A DNA stretch of 64,000 bases from Macrostomum lignano. Taxonomy: Eukaryota. The DNA lies in assembly GCA_002269645.1 (NCBI GenBank), contig NIVC01002728.1, positions 1 through 64,000 of the forward strand, given 5' to 3'. A program made the position numbers and the translations under genes. Shown here piece after piece: positions 1 to 12,147 of this stretch (position 1 is its first letter; every line of letters begins with the position of its first letter). Under the pieces are notes generated by a model. The model was not told the origin of the DNA and made no database searches. It worked only from the letters and a program-made list of their open reading frames with translations.

Positions 1-755
1 GTGGGAGATAGAAACACAAGGCGGGGTCCCCCCTGCTGTTGCCGCCCATTGCTGCAAAGCCGGGAGTGGAGCTTGGAGGGCAACCTCCCCATCTCCTTCT
101 CTCTCCATCCTGCCTTCTGCACAGACTGCTCTCTAAGTATGCCGCGAGTCCGCTAGGGCGGGCAAGTCCTCCCCAATAAATCACTGAATTGGTCTTCGCC
201 TTCAGCCATGCAGGCTGCTCTCGTTGCCCAGAGCTCTCTGGGAGGAAAGCGAAAGGAATAGGGTTAATCCGACGGCCGGCTCAGCCCCTCAATCTCCCCG
301 CACGCGGCCTCTCTTGCCTCTTTTCCCCTTTTTCTTCTCCCCTTGCCCATCTGTCAGGTAGTCGGTTTCGTCTCAGAAGACTGCTTGGCACAAAACGGGA
401 AAAGAGGGAGAAGATGGCGGAGCAGTGGAGAAAAGGAGGGCTAGCTCATATTGATGATTCAGTGCGGAAAAGTGCGGAGTAAAATACGCTTGGTGAACTT
501 TCTCGTCCAGCCATTCGTTAGTTCTGTTCACTCATCTCTCCCTCCTCTCTCATAACCCGCAGGCTTAGGGCCAATTCAATCTATGAATATGTTACAGAAA
601 AATAGCTTTATCTCAATTTGCTTTTTTGCCCATGGCGGCCCTTGTCATCGATCGGGGGAAAGTTCGCGAGAGTGGGGTTTGTTTTGTCTGACTTGGCACA
701 CACGTCTTCTGGGAAACTGATGACTGGTGTGCATTTGGTCTTCAGTTATGTATTG

Positions 756-771
756 GACTGACTGACTGACT

Positions 772-822
<51 letters not shown>

Positions 823-1030
823 TGACTGACTGACTGACTGACTGACTGACTGACTGACTGACACTGACTGACTGACTGACTGACTGACTGACTGACTGAC
901 TGACTGACTGACTGACTGACTTGACTGACTGACTGACTGACTGACTGACTGACTGACTGACTGACTGACTGACTGACTGAGTGACTGACTGACTGACTGA
1001 CTGACTGACTGACTGACTGACTGACTGACT
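756..1030. repeat. (GACT)n tetranucleotide microsatellite in a KCNQ intron
   Basis: Direct reading. Explains the SQSV/VSQS ORFs 746-1150 and 795-1142. Confidence 0.98.
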
Positions 1031-1033
1031 CAC

Positions 1034-1159
1034 CCACAAATGCAGAGGGTCTCCTAGCAAACAGCAGTCGTCCTCGCCAGCCTTGGTAGCGCTGCGGCAC
1101 CCGGCCGACCACATGCGCAAGCAGTACTCGGTGAAGAACCAAAATAGCATCCCAGTTTC
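1034..1159 (-). CDS. KCNQ: KCNQ/Kv7 channel exon (end of S2 to start of S3), with a 1-nt frame disruption
   Basis: Acceptor cag at 1160-1162, donor gtgagt at 1028-1033. Reads ETGMLFWFFTEYCLRMWSAGCRS, then after a one-base shift RYQGWRGRLLFARRP, matching the KCNQ WSAGCRSRYxGWRGRLxFARKP motif. Confidence 0.9.
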
Positions 1160-1429
1160 CTGTTGAAGTAAAAATGCAGATTTTTATTCACATTTAAGTT
1201 TTTGCTTTGAACGAAACGAAACACAGACTACTTCGGACGTATCATCATTTTTTACAACCAAAAGCGTTGTTTTCGTTTACTAACTGAATTAGGACAAAGT
1301 TATGCGTCAGCGTGTGAAAGAACTACGTTATTTTATGTACCTGAAGTCAAGATACAAAATTTCGATTATCTGCAGCCTCCATTGCTTGGTGGTCCAGATC
1401 GTTGACATTATCCCTAAGCAAGAAGTCAG

Positions 1430-1620
1430 GAAAAAATCCCACCCGTTCTGCCATTGATGACCCACAGACCTGGTCTGTCCAACGGTTCAAGAGACCTGCG
1501 CCTGACCTTGCCATTAGAGTGTCTTGCAGCGTCAGATGACGTCCTGTGACGCTGCTTTAACGAGCATGACTCTGCACCGTACACCAAGGTTTTGTCAAGA
1601 GCAATGGTGTGTAAGTGCTT
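1430..1620 (-). mobile_element. Possible degenerate non-LTR retrotransposon (RTE-like) fragment
   Basis: Peptide KTLVYGAESCSLKQ resembles the LLYGAETWTL motif C-terminal to the RT domain of RTE-type LINEs. Only this short motif supports it. Confidence 0.3.
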
Positions 1621-1687
1621 GAGGAGCATAAACGAAAACAATCATCAAGGATTTTGTGAGTGCTATCAAATTTAAATTCCCACTCAC

Positions 1688-1876
1688 CATATAAAACAGG
1701 ATTCGCTGGCAATTTCGTTGTGCTTGAAAGCCAACTGATTTTTGCTGCAGGTGGTCGGCGGTGGACTGTGACCGCTGCTGGTAACTTTGGAGTCTTTTGG
1801 GTCGCGATGGTCTCTGACGCAGTTGGTCATGGTGGACAGCACCGAAAACACCAGACAGATGAACACGGAAGCGAAG
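1688..1876 (-). CDS. KCNQ: KCNQ/Kv7 channel exon (S1, S1-S2 loop, start of S2), with a 1-nt frame disruption
   Basis: Acceptor cag at 1877-1879 completes the phase-2 codon from the 3851 donor. Reads FASVFICLVFSVLST; the last codons before the gtgagt donor (1682-1687) read ILFYM only if one A is restored near 1703. Confidence 0.85.
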
Positions 1877-1919
1877 CTGCAGTTTGTAAACCAGGTATAA
1901 AAGCTACTCGTAGATGCGT

Positions 1920-2692
1920 ACCATCAGGGAGATGAGAGATAGATGAGTACCATCAACGAGATTAGAGCTATATGTGTGGCATCAACGAGATTAGAGCTAT
2001 GAGTAGCATCAACGAAATGAGAGATAGATGAGTACCAACAACGAGATTAGAGCTATATGTGTGGCATCAACGAGATTAGAGCTATATTTGTGGCATCAAC
2101 GAGATGAGGGATAGATGAGTACCATCAGGGGGACGAGAGCTAGATGAGTACCATCAGGCACATAAGAGCTGAATGACTACCATCAACGACATTAGAGCTA
2201 TATTTGTGGCATCAACGAGATGAGGGATAGATGAGTACCATCAGGGGGACGAGAGATAGATGAGTACCATCAGGCGCATGAGAGCTGGATGAGTACCATC
2301 AGGCACATGAGAGCTAGATGAGTACCATCAGGCGCATGAGAGCTGGATGAGTACCATCAGGCACATAAGAGCTGGATGAGTACCATCAGGCACATGAGAG
2401 CTGGATGACTACCATCAACGACATTAGAGCTATATGAGTCGCACAACGAGATGAGGGATAGATGAGTACCATCAGGCACATATGAGCTGGATGACTACCA
2501 TCAACGACATTAGAGCTCTATGAGTCGCACAACGAGATGAGGGATAGATGAGTACCATCAGGGGGATGAGAGCTGGATGAGTACCATCAGGGGGATCAGA
2601 GCTGGATGAGTACCATCAACGAGATTAGAGCTCTATGAGTCGCACAACGAGATGAGGGATAGATGAGTACCAACAGGGGATGAGAGCTGGAT
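1920..2692. repeat. ~29-bp minisatellite (catcaggcacatgagagctggatgagtac and variants)
   Basis: Direct reading; several diverged unit types. Confidence 0.9.
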
Positions 2693-3850
2693 ATATCACT
2701 GCATAGGTAGAGAAGGCTTGTGCTTGAGAAGGAACTATGCAAAAAACGAGATGAGGAAATTAAACTAAATTAAAAAGGATGAAAGCTTTGACAGTAAGAA
2801 ATAAAAATCCTTACTAATTAAATGCGACGGATGACCAGAGCAGCCTATTTACCATTGTTCTCATGGAAACGATCTAAATTTAACCAAATTTTTAACCCGA
2901 GCAAAGAAATCTATTTTTGGCTGTTAAGAACAGAACTAATTAAGGATGTTGAGTAATTAAGGATGTTGTTTAATGGCATGCCCAGAATCTGGTTGCATTT
3001 GTTTTCCCGATGACAGACGGATAATTAGTTCAAGCCATTGTCAAATGGGTTTTAAATTTCCAGTGTCTTGGTAGACAACTGACTCAAAACAGAGGCATAA
3101 AGCAGCGTTGCAGTAAAGCTGGGGTTTGGGGAAGGTTAGCTACCAATTAAAAAGAGAATGCTATAGGTTCATTGAGCTGAGTGCCATGCACCGTTCTTCA
3201 CTGGCAAACATCAGTTTTTTTAATCGATACCTAAGTTCGTCGTCCACAACAAATTTGACGAGTCAATATCCAAATTGAAATTTGCCAATTTTCAAGCGAT
3301 TATTGAACCACTCAGTTTCACTCTGCACTTGATGGCAAACATATTTTGCAGCTTTCCACTCAGTAGAGGCAGCGCTGTATATGGAAGTTCCAGGGTCTGT
3401 TAAAGTCGGGGCCAAGCTTGCTGATGCATGTGCACTCTTAGCAATTGACTGAAAGTGTTTATTTCGGACAAACACTTACCGAGTTTGCCGCGGGCTTGGG
3501 AGGGATAGAGAGTCAATTGAAAATTGTAGCGCTTGCGACTCAAGTAGACAGTGAGGTGAGGACAGTGTGGACAGGATGAATTCAACTCTTGCTTGCATGC
3601 ATCACTGAGCCTCGTAGCGAGATCCCGGAGTGCCACAGTGTAGCGATGGGAAAAAAAGTGAGGTGCAAAATTCAATTCCAAAAGAACGTGAGTTAGCATT
3701 CAATTTAGCAGGTCTTCAGAATGTGATTTGAGAAAAGGTTGAGCATCTATACTTTGAGTTTTTAATGTCCCAATATTAATAAACCTCAAGGTATGAAAAC
3801 ACGTGATGGGTCTACTCATGTCCAATAGACAATAATTTTGCACTACTCAC

Positions 3851-4214
3851 ACAATTACGTGATAGGTGATGCTCTGCCATGTCTTGGGCCTCTCCAGGAA
3901 GTTGTAAACCCTGGCCTGCAGCCGCCTGTACTTGGCGTCCTGCCTGGAGTTCTTCAGGCCGAGCGGCTTGCCAAGCAGAGACATTCGCGGCTTTGCGTAG
4001 CGGGCGCTGCTGCTCAGCGTTCTCAACCGATTGTCGTCCGCTGAAGAGCTGACGCCGCCGCCTTCGTCTCCGTCATCGCCCGTCGGAGGAATCCGGCGGT
4101 TGCGACGATAGTGCCCAGACAGCTGTGGCTGTGGCTGCTGCTGCTGCTGCTGTTGCTGCTGTTGCTGCTCCAAAGTCGCGTCAGTTGTCGAGAACAGCCC
4201 TTGATCTTCGCGAT
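3851..4214 (-). CDS. KCNQ: KCNQ/Kv7 channel exon (N-terminal cytoplasmic region to pre-S1)
   Basis: ORF 3847-4173 contains RMSLLGKPL and YRRLQARVYNFLERP...YHVIV, diagnostic of KCNQ, plus a Q11 tract. Donor gtgagt at 3845-3850 (phase 2). The 5' boundary (cag at 4215-4217) is inferred. Confidence 0.92.
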
Positions 4215-7200
4215 CTGTGCCAAATTGGATTTGAGCTTTTGTAAAACTTGGCGGTCCTTAGTGCCACTGCGAGCGAGACAGAAGCAGAAATAAAAATGGC
4301 ACCCCCTACCGTCCGCGATGTCTGGCGCCGCTGTCTGCCACTCCAGCGGCTGCAGAATATATTTCTGCTTTTCCTTCTCCCCTCTCCGTCTCCCACTCCT
4401 CTCTACCGATCCGCCACTTCTGTGTGAGATGATGCCCGGCCAGCAGCCTCTCAGCAACCGCAGGGCAGGAAAGGGCGAATCTTTCCCTCCCGTACCGCCT
4501 CCTCACCCCAAAAACCGACGGCGATCTTGCTCCCGCCCTGCAGGGCGGTTTGTATGTCCCCAACAATACTCCAGCAGGGACTGGGGGGGGGGGAGGACTG
4601 GCGGAGGCGGGGTTGGGAGAGAGCTCGCTCGCTTGCTGTGTGTGGTCTGATGTCAATAGGTCTCATTTCCGCAGGGCGCTCATTGCCGCCCCGAGTTAGT
4701 TAGGCCCAGTTCGCAACTGCCGGCTCTGAGTACACGGGCGGTTGCAGTAGCAATAATTACTCGTGGAAAGCCACTACCTCTGCCAGGTGGGTAGAAAAAT
4801 TAGCCACTTCCCGTCATGGCGATAAAATCGAATGACAGCAAATGGGGGGGGGGGGGGGGTAGGTCAGTCAATATGCGCTTTTCTATTGACTATATGACTA
4901 TCATATTAGCCACGGCGTACTTTCTCCATACTATACTTCCGTACTGTGGAGTCATTTTATTGTACCTGCTAATTTGCTTGTAGTTTGGCGTCCTCAGACT
5001 CCCACTTGCCACTTCCGTTTTCTGTCTTGCTCTGCATCCACATTAGCCACTTGAGCATGCAATGGCAATTTCAGTGCTGGCCTGTCTGAGTTCAGAATCT
5101 GACTAATGATGCACAAACTTCACTGAGCTGTCCCGGTAACGGTTTCCGCCAGTACTCAGGCGAGCGCGATGCACTCAAGCAGGCTTAGTCATGAAGTCAA
5201 GAGCTTTTTGCCAGCTAATCTGAGAATATCAAACAGACTCGTGAGGCAAAGAATTTCTGTCCAGCAAAGGGATTTAGCAAAAGCTACTCAATTCGACTCA
5301 AAAAATCTTTTTATCCATGTTTAGTCTCAATCGCAAAAGTCTATTACACTCCGTTAGCTTGTGTGGACCGCTGCACCAGTGACTGTGAAGGCCTAGAGAA
5401 GTGGTGAATAGGACAACTTTGTGCGCGACGAAATCTTGGCCATCGCAGATGCCTTTGGATTGGAAAGCTGCAGTCCCCGGCCTAGATAGAGGTGAGGGCT
5501 CAGCCGAGATACTCCCAGGCCTGAATTAGCTCTTGCTAAGCTATGGCTCAGCGGAATCGATTATTCATCGATTTTGAGTCCATTGCTTGGGCGAAGATTC
5601 CATATAGATCGAGTTACGCTGCGGTGAGGATTGGTGAGACTGACACGGCGAGAACCGCGGGAGCCCGCGAGAGGAGTAAAATTCATTCCAGAGAACTATG
5701 CAGTTACTTACCTTATACGTTGAAAGTTCACCCTGGTCTTAATGAGGAGGGTTCGAGGAGTTTTTTCTTCCTACTCTGACGGACGCTGCGTCTCCCTATC
5801 GGATTACAGCCGCCACAGGGTGCTTGAGTTCACTACGCTCCACTTATCTCTCGAGTATTGCGCTGCAACGAGAGTATTGCGCTCTCCTTCTTTTCACCTT
5901 ACGATTTGAAAATTTCTCCCTTGAGCTTAACGTTATTCGCATGGGGTCGCTGGTTGCTGGTGGAGGAGCGAGCTTTATTATACGATCCAGGTGTACCCCG
6001 TGCCACTCTCGGGCGGGCTAATCCCGCAGTAACCCGCTCACATGGGCCAACCCGGGGAGGCCGTGCGACCTCAGACCCGTTTGTCCTCGGCGACGCGGCC
6101 CTCACCCCAACCTCCGGCCCAAACCGGCCGGCAGCATTGCCGATAAGAATCCCCCGGAGTAGGACAGGGCAGATACAGGACTAGAGTGACACGGGGCAAG
6201 CGAAGGGATTAAGGAATATACGCCTTGTAATATTTTTTTTCTTTTCAGCTGGTAGCTGTCAAACCTTAGATTGCACGGGATAAAGTCGGCTATGCGATCA
6301 GCTATCCCACAGTACGTACTAGCGCCTCCATTTGAGCTGCATGCTAATGAGCACCTTGTATCTATTTTTACGTAGGCCCGAAGATTCGATTGCAGCTGTA
6401 GCCTGTGCCTTTTGTCCGTTCGTTAACCTCTTAGACTTACCTTTCCATTGCCCAGTTCTCTATCGCTTCGTCCAGACACTTTAGTCTCTCTCCTGTCCCC
6501 CTCCCTCTGACTCCAACCTACTTTACTACTTTTTGTCGATCTATGCGATCCTATCGACCTTAGAGCCCCGGAGAGGCTGTCATTCCTTTGACCCAGATGG
6601 AGGGGCGATAGCAGAGCACCGGGGGGCTGAGATGAATAGCCAGAGAGCCAGGCAAGCAAACCGATCCCTGCCCACTGTTGCACTGCCGCACTATTTTTGT
6701 TGTTCTTTCTTTTAACGTCGTCGTTTTTTTCAATATTTTAAAAAGAATTCGTTATAACTGGATGAAAGGACGCACGGATGGACGAAAGGAACGATAGGGG
6801 AGAGGGACAGGCCGGCTCTGTCGCAGTCAGTCCTTCGCGCAACTCCTCGCTCCGCCATTCCCATCCCCTGCCCCGCGAGCCCACCCTCCGTCTGTCCCGC
6901 GGGAAATAGCGAGCGAAAAAGGCCGCGAAGGAGGCACCGGTGCTGCTTTATAATTCTGTAGGAGGCTTTGGCGCCGTTTGCTTAGAAGGGCAAAGGCGGT
7001 GGGGAAGCGCTAGGAAATCCCAGATCCCCAACCCGACCCTGCTCGCTCTTGGCTTTCAATTTTTGATTCCCTACCAAACGCGACTCAATTCCTCGTCCCC
7101 TCCAGAGGTCCCCTACCCCGGACTAATCTGTAAACCTTGGCGGGTCTCAATTATTATTCGAGTTGCCTTGACCCGCTCGGGACCTGGGAGAGACCGGTGA

Positions 7201-7844
7201 GTTGGAAAATTGGATAAAAATATGCAAAGGAAGAATGCGGCACACAGGGGGAAGATGAAAATGGAGAAGGAGAGGAAGAGAGGGGGAAACTGAGACTAAA
7301 CCGAGGAAGCTGGAGTTCGATAATTTGATGAATTTAAAAAGACTTAATGATGAATAGGAGAGGGACGAGCTGTTGTGACCCAAAGCCTGCATGTGCCCTC
7401 TCTGATCTCCCTAGTCTTAACATTGATGCTGAAAAGTCAAGAAGAACTTACCATTCAACAATCAGGAGCGTAGATAAGAATCAAGCATCTAGCATCACCT
7501 ATTTAGTAGAAGCCTTACAGGTTCTAACCGAACGAATTCTTATCACTAATCCACTCGAATGCACTACAGGTGGCTTAGAAATTATTTACATACCCTCCGA
7601 TCGAATCGATTCCATTAACCCTTGACGCCGAGATAATGGCTTCTTAATTAGTTCCAACTATTGCTTTTAGGCAGGGTCTAGCGGTGTGCACGTTGGCAGT
7701 ACAGAGTAACTCTGGTCGATCTGGTATGATCTAGTCAGAACACGTTGCAGAGTTCGTAGTTCTGAAATTCTGTTCTGACGTAATTAGACTTCGACTGATT
7801 CTTTTCGCGTTTCTGCCGATTTCTGTCCCCTTTCTATCGATTTT

Positions 7845-8380
7845 TGTCGAACCTCTACCGATTTTTTTCATATTTCTACTGATTTCTGTCACATTTCTAC
7901 CGATTTCTGCACATTTCTACCGATTTCTGTCACATTTCTACTGATTTCTGTCACATTTCTACTGATTTCTGTCACATTTCTACTGATTTCTGCACATTTC
8001 TACTGATTTCTGCACATTTCTACTGATTTCTGTCACATTTCTACTGATTTCTGCACATTTCTACTGATTTCTGTCACATTTCTACTGATTTCTGCACATT
8101 TCTACCGATTTCTGTCACATTTCTACCGATTTCTGTCACATTTCTACTGATTTCTGTCACATTTCTACTGATTTCTGTCACATTTTTACCGATTTCTGTC
8201 ACATTTCTACTGATTTCTGTCACATTTCTACCGCTTTCTGTCACATTTTCACCGATTTCTGTCACATTTTTACCGATTTCTGTCACATTTCTACCGATTT
8301 CTGTCACATTTCTACCGATTTCTGTCACATTTCTACTGATTTCTGTCACATTTCTACTGATTTCTGTCACATTTCTACCG
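7845..8380. repeat. 21-bp minisatellite (atttctactgatttctgtcac)
   Basis: Direct reading; explains the NVTEISR ORF. Confidence 0.95.
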
Positions 8381-8784
8381 CCAGGCGGAAAGATGGACTT
8401 GAAAAGGAGAATTGGCCTGCTAGATTCGAAAATATATTGTATATTTAATCCAAGCCTGCTTTCATTGAACTTCAGCAGTCAGTTATTGAGGGCGCTATCG
8501 GAGTTGCTGTGCTTTGCGTAAATATTAAAACTTTTTAGAAATGCATTAAGTTACTGTTCTGCGTAGAAGAAGTAAGGAATAAACAGATGCACTGAACACC
8601 AGCCACCCTCGGTGGGCGCATTCGGAAAGACTCCCTGCAGCAGGTGGATATTCGACCATGGGCAGGCCTAAACTGATAACCATAATTTCGAAAAGGATAC
8701 ATTAAAACTAAACTAGACAAACTATCCCGATTCCAGACCCATGAAGTGGCTTCTTCCTGATTGGATTGTAAAAATACTTCTTTC

Positions 8785-8875
8785 AACTAACTAACTAACT
8801 AACTAACTAAATGACTAACTAACTGACTAAGAAACTAACTAACCAACTAACTAACTGACTAACTAACTGACTAAC

Positions 8876-8913
<38 letters not shown>

Positions 8914-9152
8914 GCTAACTAACTAACAAACTAACTAGCTAACTAACTAACAAACTAACTAGCTAACTAACTAACAAACTAACAAACTAGCTAACTAAAT
9001 GACTAACTAACTGACTAACAAACTAACAAACTAACTAACTAACTAACTAACTAGCTAACTAACTAACAAACTAACTAACTAGCTAACTAACAAACTAACA
9101 AACTAACTAGCTAACTAACTAACAAACTAACTAACTAACTAACTAACTAACT
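8785..9152. repeat. (CTAA)n microsatellite, imperfect
   Basis: Direct reading. Confidence 0.95.
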
Positions 9153-10334
9153 ATCTTAGTGCACAGACGATTATGCAAGTATAGGATGATATCTACACAA
9201 TATTCACTCACTAAGCAGCCTCTAGCCTTGAAGTCCAGAAGAAAAATTGCTTCGTTATGCTTATTTAACACGCTCCGTTGGGCCGTGAGCCACAACGCGC
9301 AGGCCCGTGGAGGCGGAGGAAAGAAGGACCTCAGCGGTAAGACCTTTTGGGTCAGCCTTGCGGTTATTGGGGTATAAAAAATAGGCGAGGCCATAGTAGA
9401 CTTATATAGCATTGGCCAATAATCCACTTACCAGACAGAGAGCAACGGAGATCACCGATTCACTTCAGAGAGAGAGAGAGCACAGGGGCGAAACAGGAGA
9501 GACAGATAAATCAAGTGAGGTCCAACACTCGTAGCTAATACCAGTATAAGCTGAACCGAAATGCCAAATATATACACCACGATTGGAGGGACAGAGGGGC
9601 GAGTACTGGGGGCAGAGGGGTTCAGGAGGTCACACTGGGGATTCGACGGGTTCGATGAGTTGCTGTCCTCTCTCTGCCGGTCTCTGCTGTATCGATATGT
9701 GATTACAACTGAGGATAGAGCCTGTTGGACAACTGTGAGTGGGTGTGGAGCGCGGAGATGAGGCCAAAGTGCAGATAACAACTCTATATGGGGAGAGTGC
9801 ATAGGAATGATTTGGATTGTAGACAAAAACGCTGAGGGCGGGGGGGGGGGGGTTGGGGACTGACTCCTCTTTTTCTCCCGCGTCCCCGGGGTTAGGGGTG
9901 TTACCGGCTGCGTGTCTGTCCTGTCCTGTCGTCCCTTCTCTGCCAGATGCACTGCTTCATCCTCTCTGCCTGGCATGTTTTACCAGAACAGGCTCAATGC
10001 TTTGGCTGCGCCACCCCCAAGGCCTCCCCTAGAAGCAACAGCCAAGGCCAGTTATTTTCCAGGCAGTCAGACGCCCTGCAGACCCTGCGTGTGTTGTTGG
10101 GCTGATAATTCCGCACAGATACACTGACTGGGCTGACTGGCTGACTGACAAGCTTGGCGCATACGGGGAGATTTTGGTTTTTTCGGACATTTTTCTGTTG
10201 CCTGTTCTTCTTTCCAAGCTGGTGTTCCTCTGCTAGCCAATATAGTGTGTCTGAATCGGTTTAAAAATTTGTGTCCCTTTAGAAATGTAGTGCACACGTC
10301 GAAGGATTAGTATGTAGATGAGACGAGATAAAAT

Positions 10335-11670
10335 GATTAAACAGAAGGGTAGATAGATTAGATTCAATGGTAGATAGATTAGATTAAATGGTAGATAGAT
10401 TAGATTAAATGGTAGATAGATTAGATTAAATGGTAGATAGATTAGATTAAATGGTAGATAGATTAGATTAAATGGTAGATAGATTAGATTAAATTGTAGA
10501 TAGATTAGATTAAATGGTAGATAGATTAGATTTAATGGTAGTTAGATTAGATTAAATGGTAGATAGATTAGATTAAATTGTAGATAGATTAGATTAAATG
10601 GTAGATAGATTAGATTAAATTGTAGATAGATTAGATTTAATGGTAGTTGCATTAGATTAAATGGTAGGTAGATTAGACTAAATGGTAGATAGATTAGATT
10701 AAATTGTAGATAGATTAGATTAAATGGTAGATAGATTAGATTAAATTGTAGATAGATTAGATTTAATTGTAGATAGATTAGATTAAATGGTAGATAGATT
10801 AGACTAAATGGTAGATATAGATTAGATTAAATTGTAGATAGATTAGATTAAATGGTGAATAGATTGGATTAAATAGTAGATAGATTAGATCAAATGGTAG
10901 ATAGATTAGATTTAATGGTAGTTAGATTAGATTAAATGGTAGATAGATTAGATTAAATTGTAGATAGATTAGATTAAATGGTAGATAGATTAGATTAAAT
11001 GGTAGATAGATTAGATTAAATGGTAGATAGATTAGATTAAATTGTAGATAGATTAGATTAAATTGTAGATAGATTAGATTAAATGGTAGATAGATTAGAT
11101 TAAATGGTAGATAGATTAGATTAAATTGTAGATAGATTAGATTAAATTGTAGATAGATTAGACAATGGTAGATAGATTAGATTAAATGGTAGATAGATTA
11201 GATTAAATGGTAGATAGATTAGATTAAATTGTAGATAGATTAGATTAAATTGTAGATAGATTAGACAATGGTAGATAGATTAGATTAAATGGTAGATAGA
11301 TTAGATTAAATTGTAGATAGATTAGATTAAATTGTAGATAGATTAGATTAAATGGTAGTTAGATTAGATTAAATTGTAGATAGATTAGATTAAATTGTAT
11401 ATAGATTAGATTTAATGGTAGTTAGATTAGATTAAATTGTAGATAGATTAGATTAAATTGTATATAGATTAGATTTAATGGTAGTTAGATTAGATTAAAT
11501 GGTAGATAGATTAGATTTAATTGTAGTTGCATTAGATTAAATGGTAGGTAGATTAGACTAAATGGTAGATAGATTAGATGAAATGGTAGATAGATTAGAT
11601 TAAATGGTAGATAGATTAGATTGAATATTAGATAGATTAGATTGAATATTAGATAGATTAGATTGAATGG
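10335..11670. repeat. 21-bp AT-rich minisatellite (tagatagattagattaaatgg)
   Basis: Direct reading; period 21. Confidence 0.96.
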
Positions 11671-11699
11671 CAGAGAGATTAATTAATGAAGCCGCTCAC

Positions 11700-12147
11700 C
11701 AGACGATGACATCACAATGTCGGCGGCAAAGTCCACACGTTTAACTCGCTCCAATTCTGCCACGGAGCTGCCCACGCCGCCTTCGACGTCAGGATCGTCG
11801 CTAGCCCGATCGAAAGTCGGGGACAATTCGTCGGAAGTGGATTGAGTTAGGGCGTCGGCTGATGGAGACGCTGAGAATACGAAAACTTCAGCTCCGGGAG
11901 TGGCGACGATCTGTTTGGTGTTGGCTTCAGCTGCTGCACAGGTGTGGGACAGCTGAACATTTCGAGCTGAGGAGCCCACGCTAGCTGAAGCGTCAGTTGC
12001 AAACACCTGCTGCTGCTGCTGCTGCTGCTGATGCTCGGGGCTGAGTCGGTGGGCTCTTCCTCGTGACTCTCCCCCATCAGCGAGCACCGGAGGAGCATCT
12101 GGGGCGGCTGCTAAGGCGGCTGCATCACAGGCCATTGGCTGGGCCAT
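11700..12147 (-). CDS. KCNQ: Probable first coding exon of the KCNQ gene (149 codons + 1 nt)
   Basis: ATG at 12147 with an in-frame TAG just upstream; Ala/Ser/Asp-rich with Q8; ends TCT G|gtgagc (phase 1), which joins in frame to cag|AT CGC GAA at 4214. No homology support. Confidence 0.55.

Noticed and set aside
3263-3699. Minus-strand ORFs including a CPHCPH motif
   Set aside because: No complete zinc finger or recognisable transposase motif; could be a transposon remnant but unsupported.
4023-4666. Several overlapping ORFs upstream of KCNQ exon 2
   Set aside because: GC-rich sequence, open in many frames, with no recognisable protein features.
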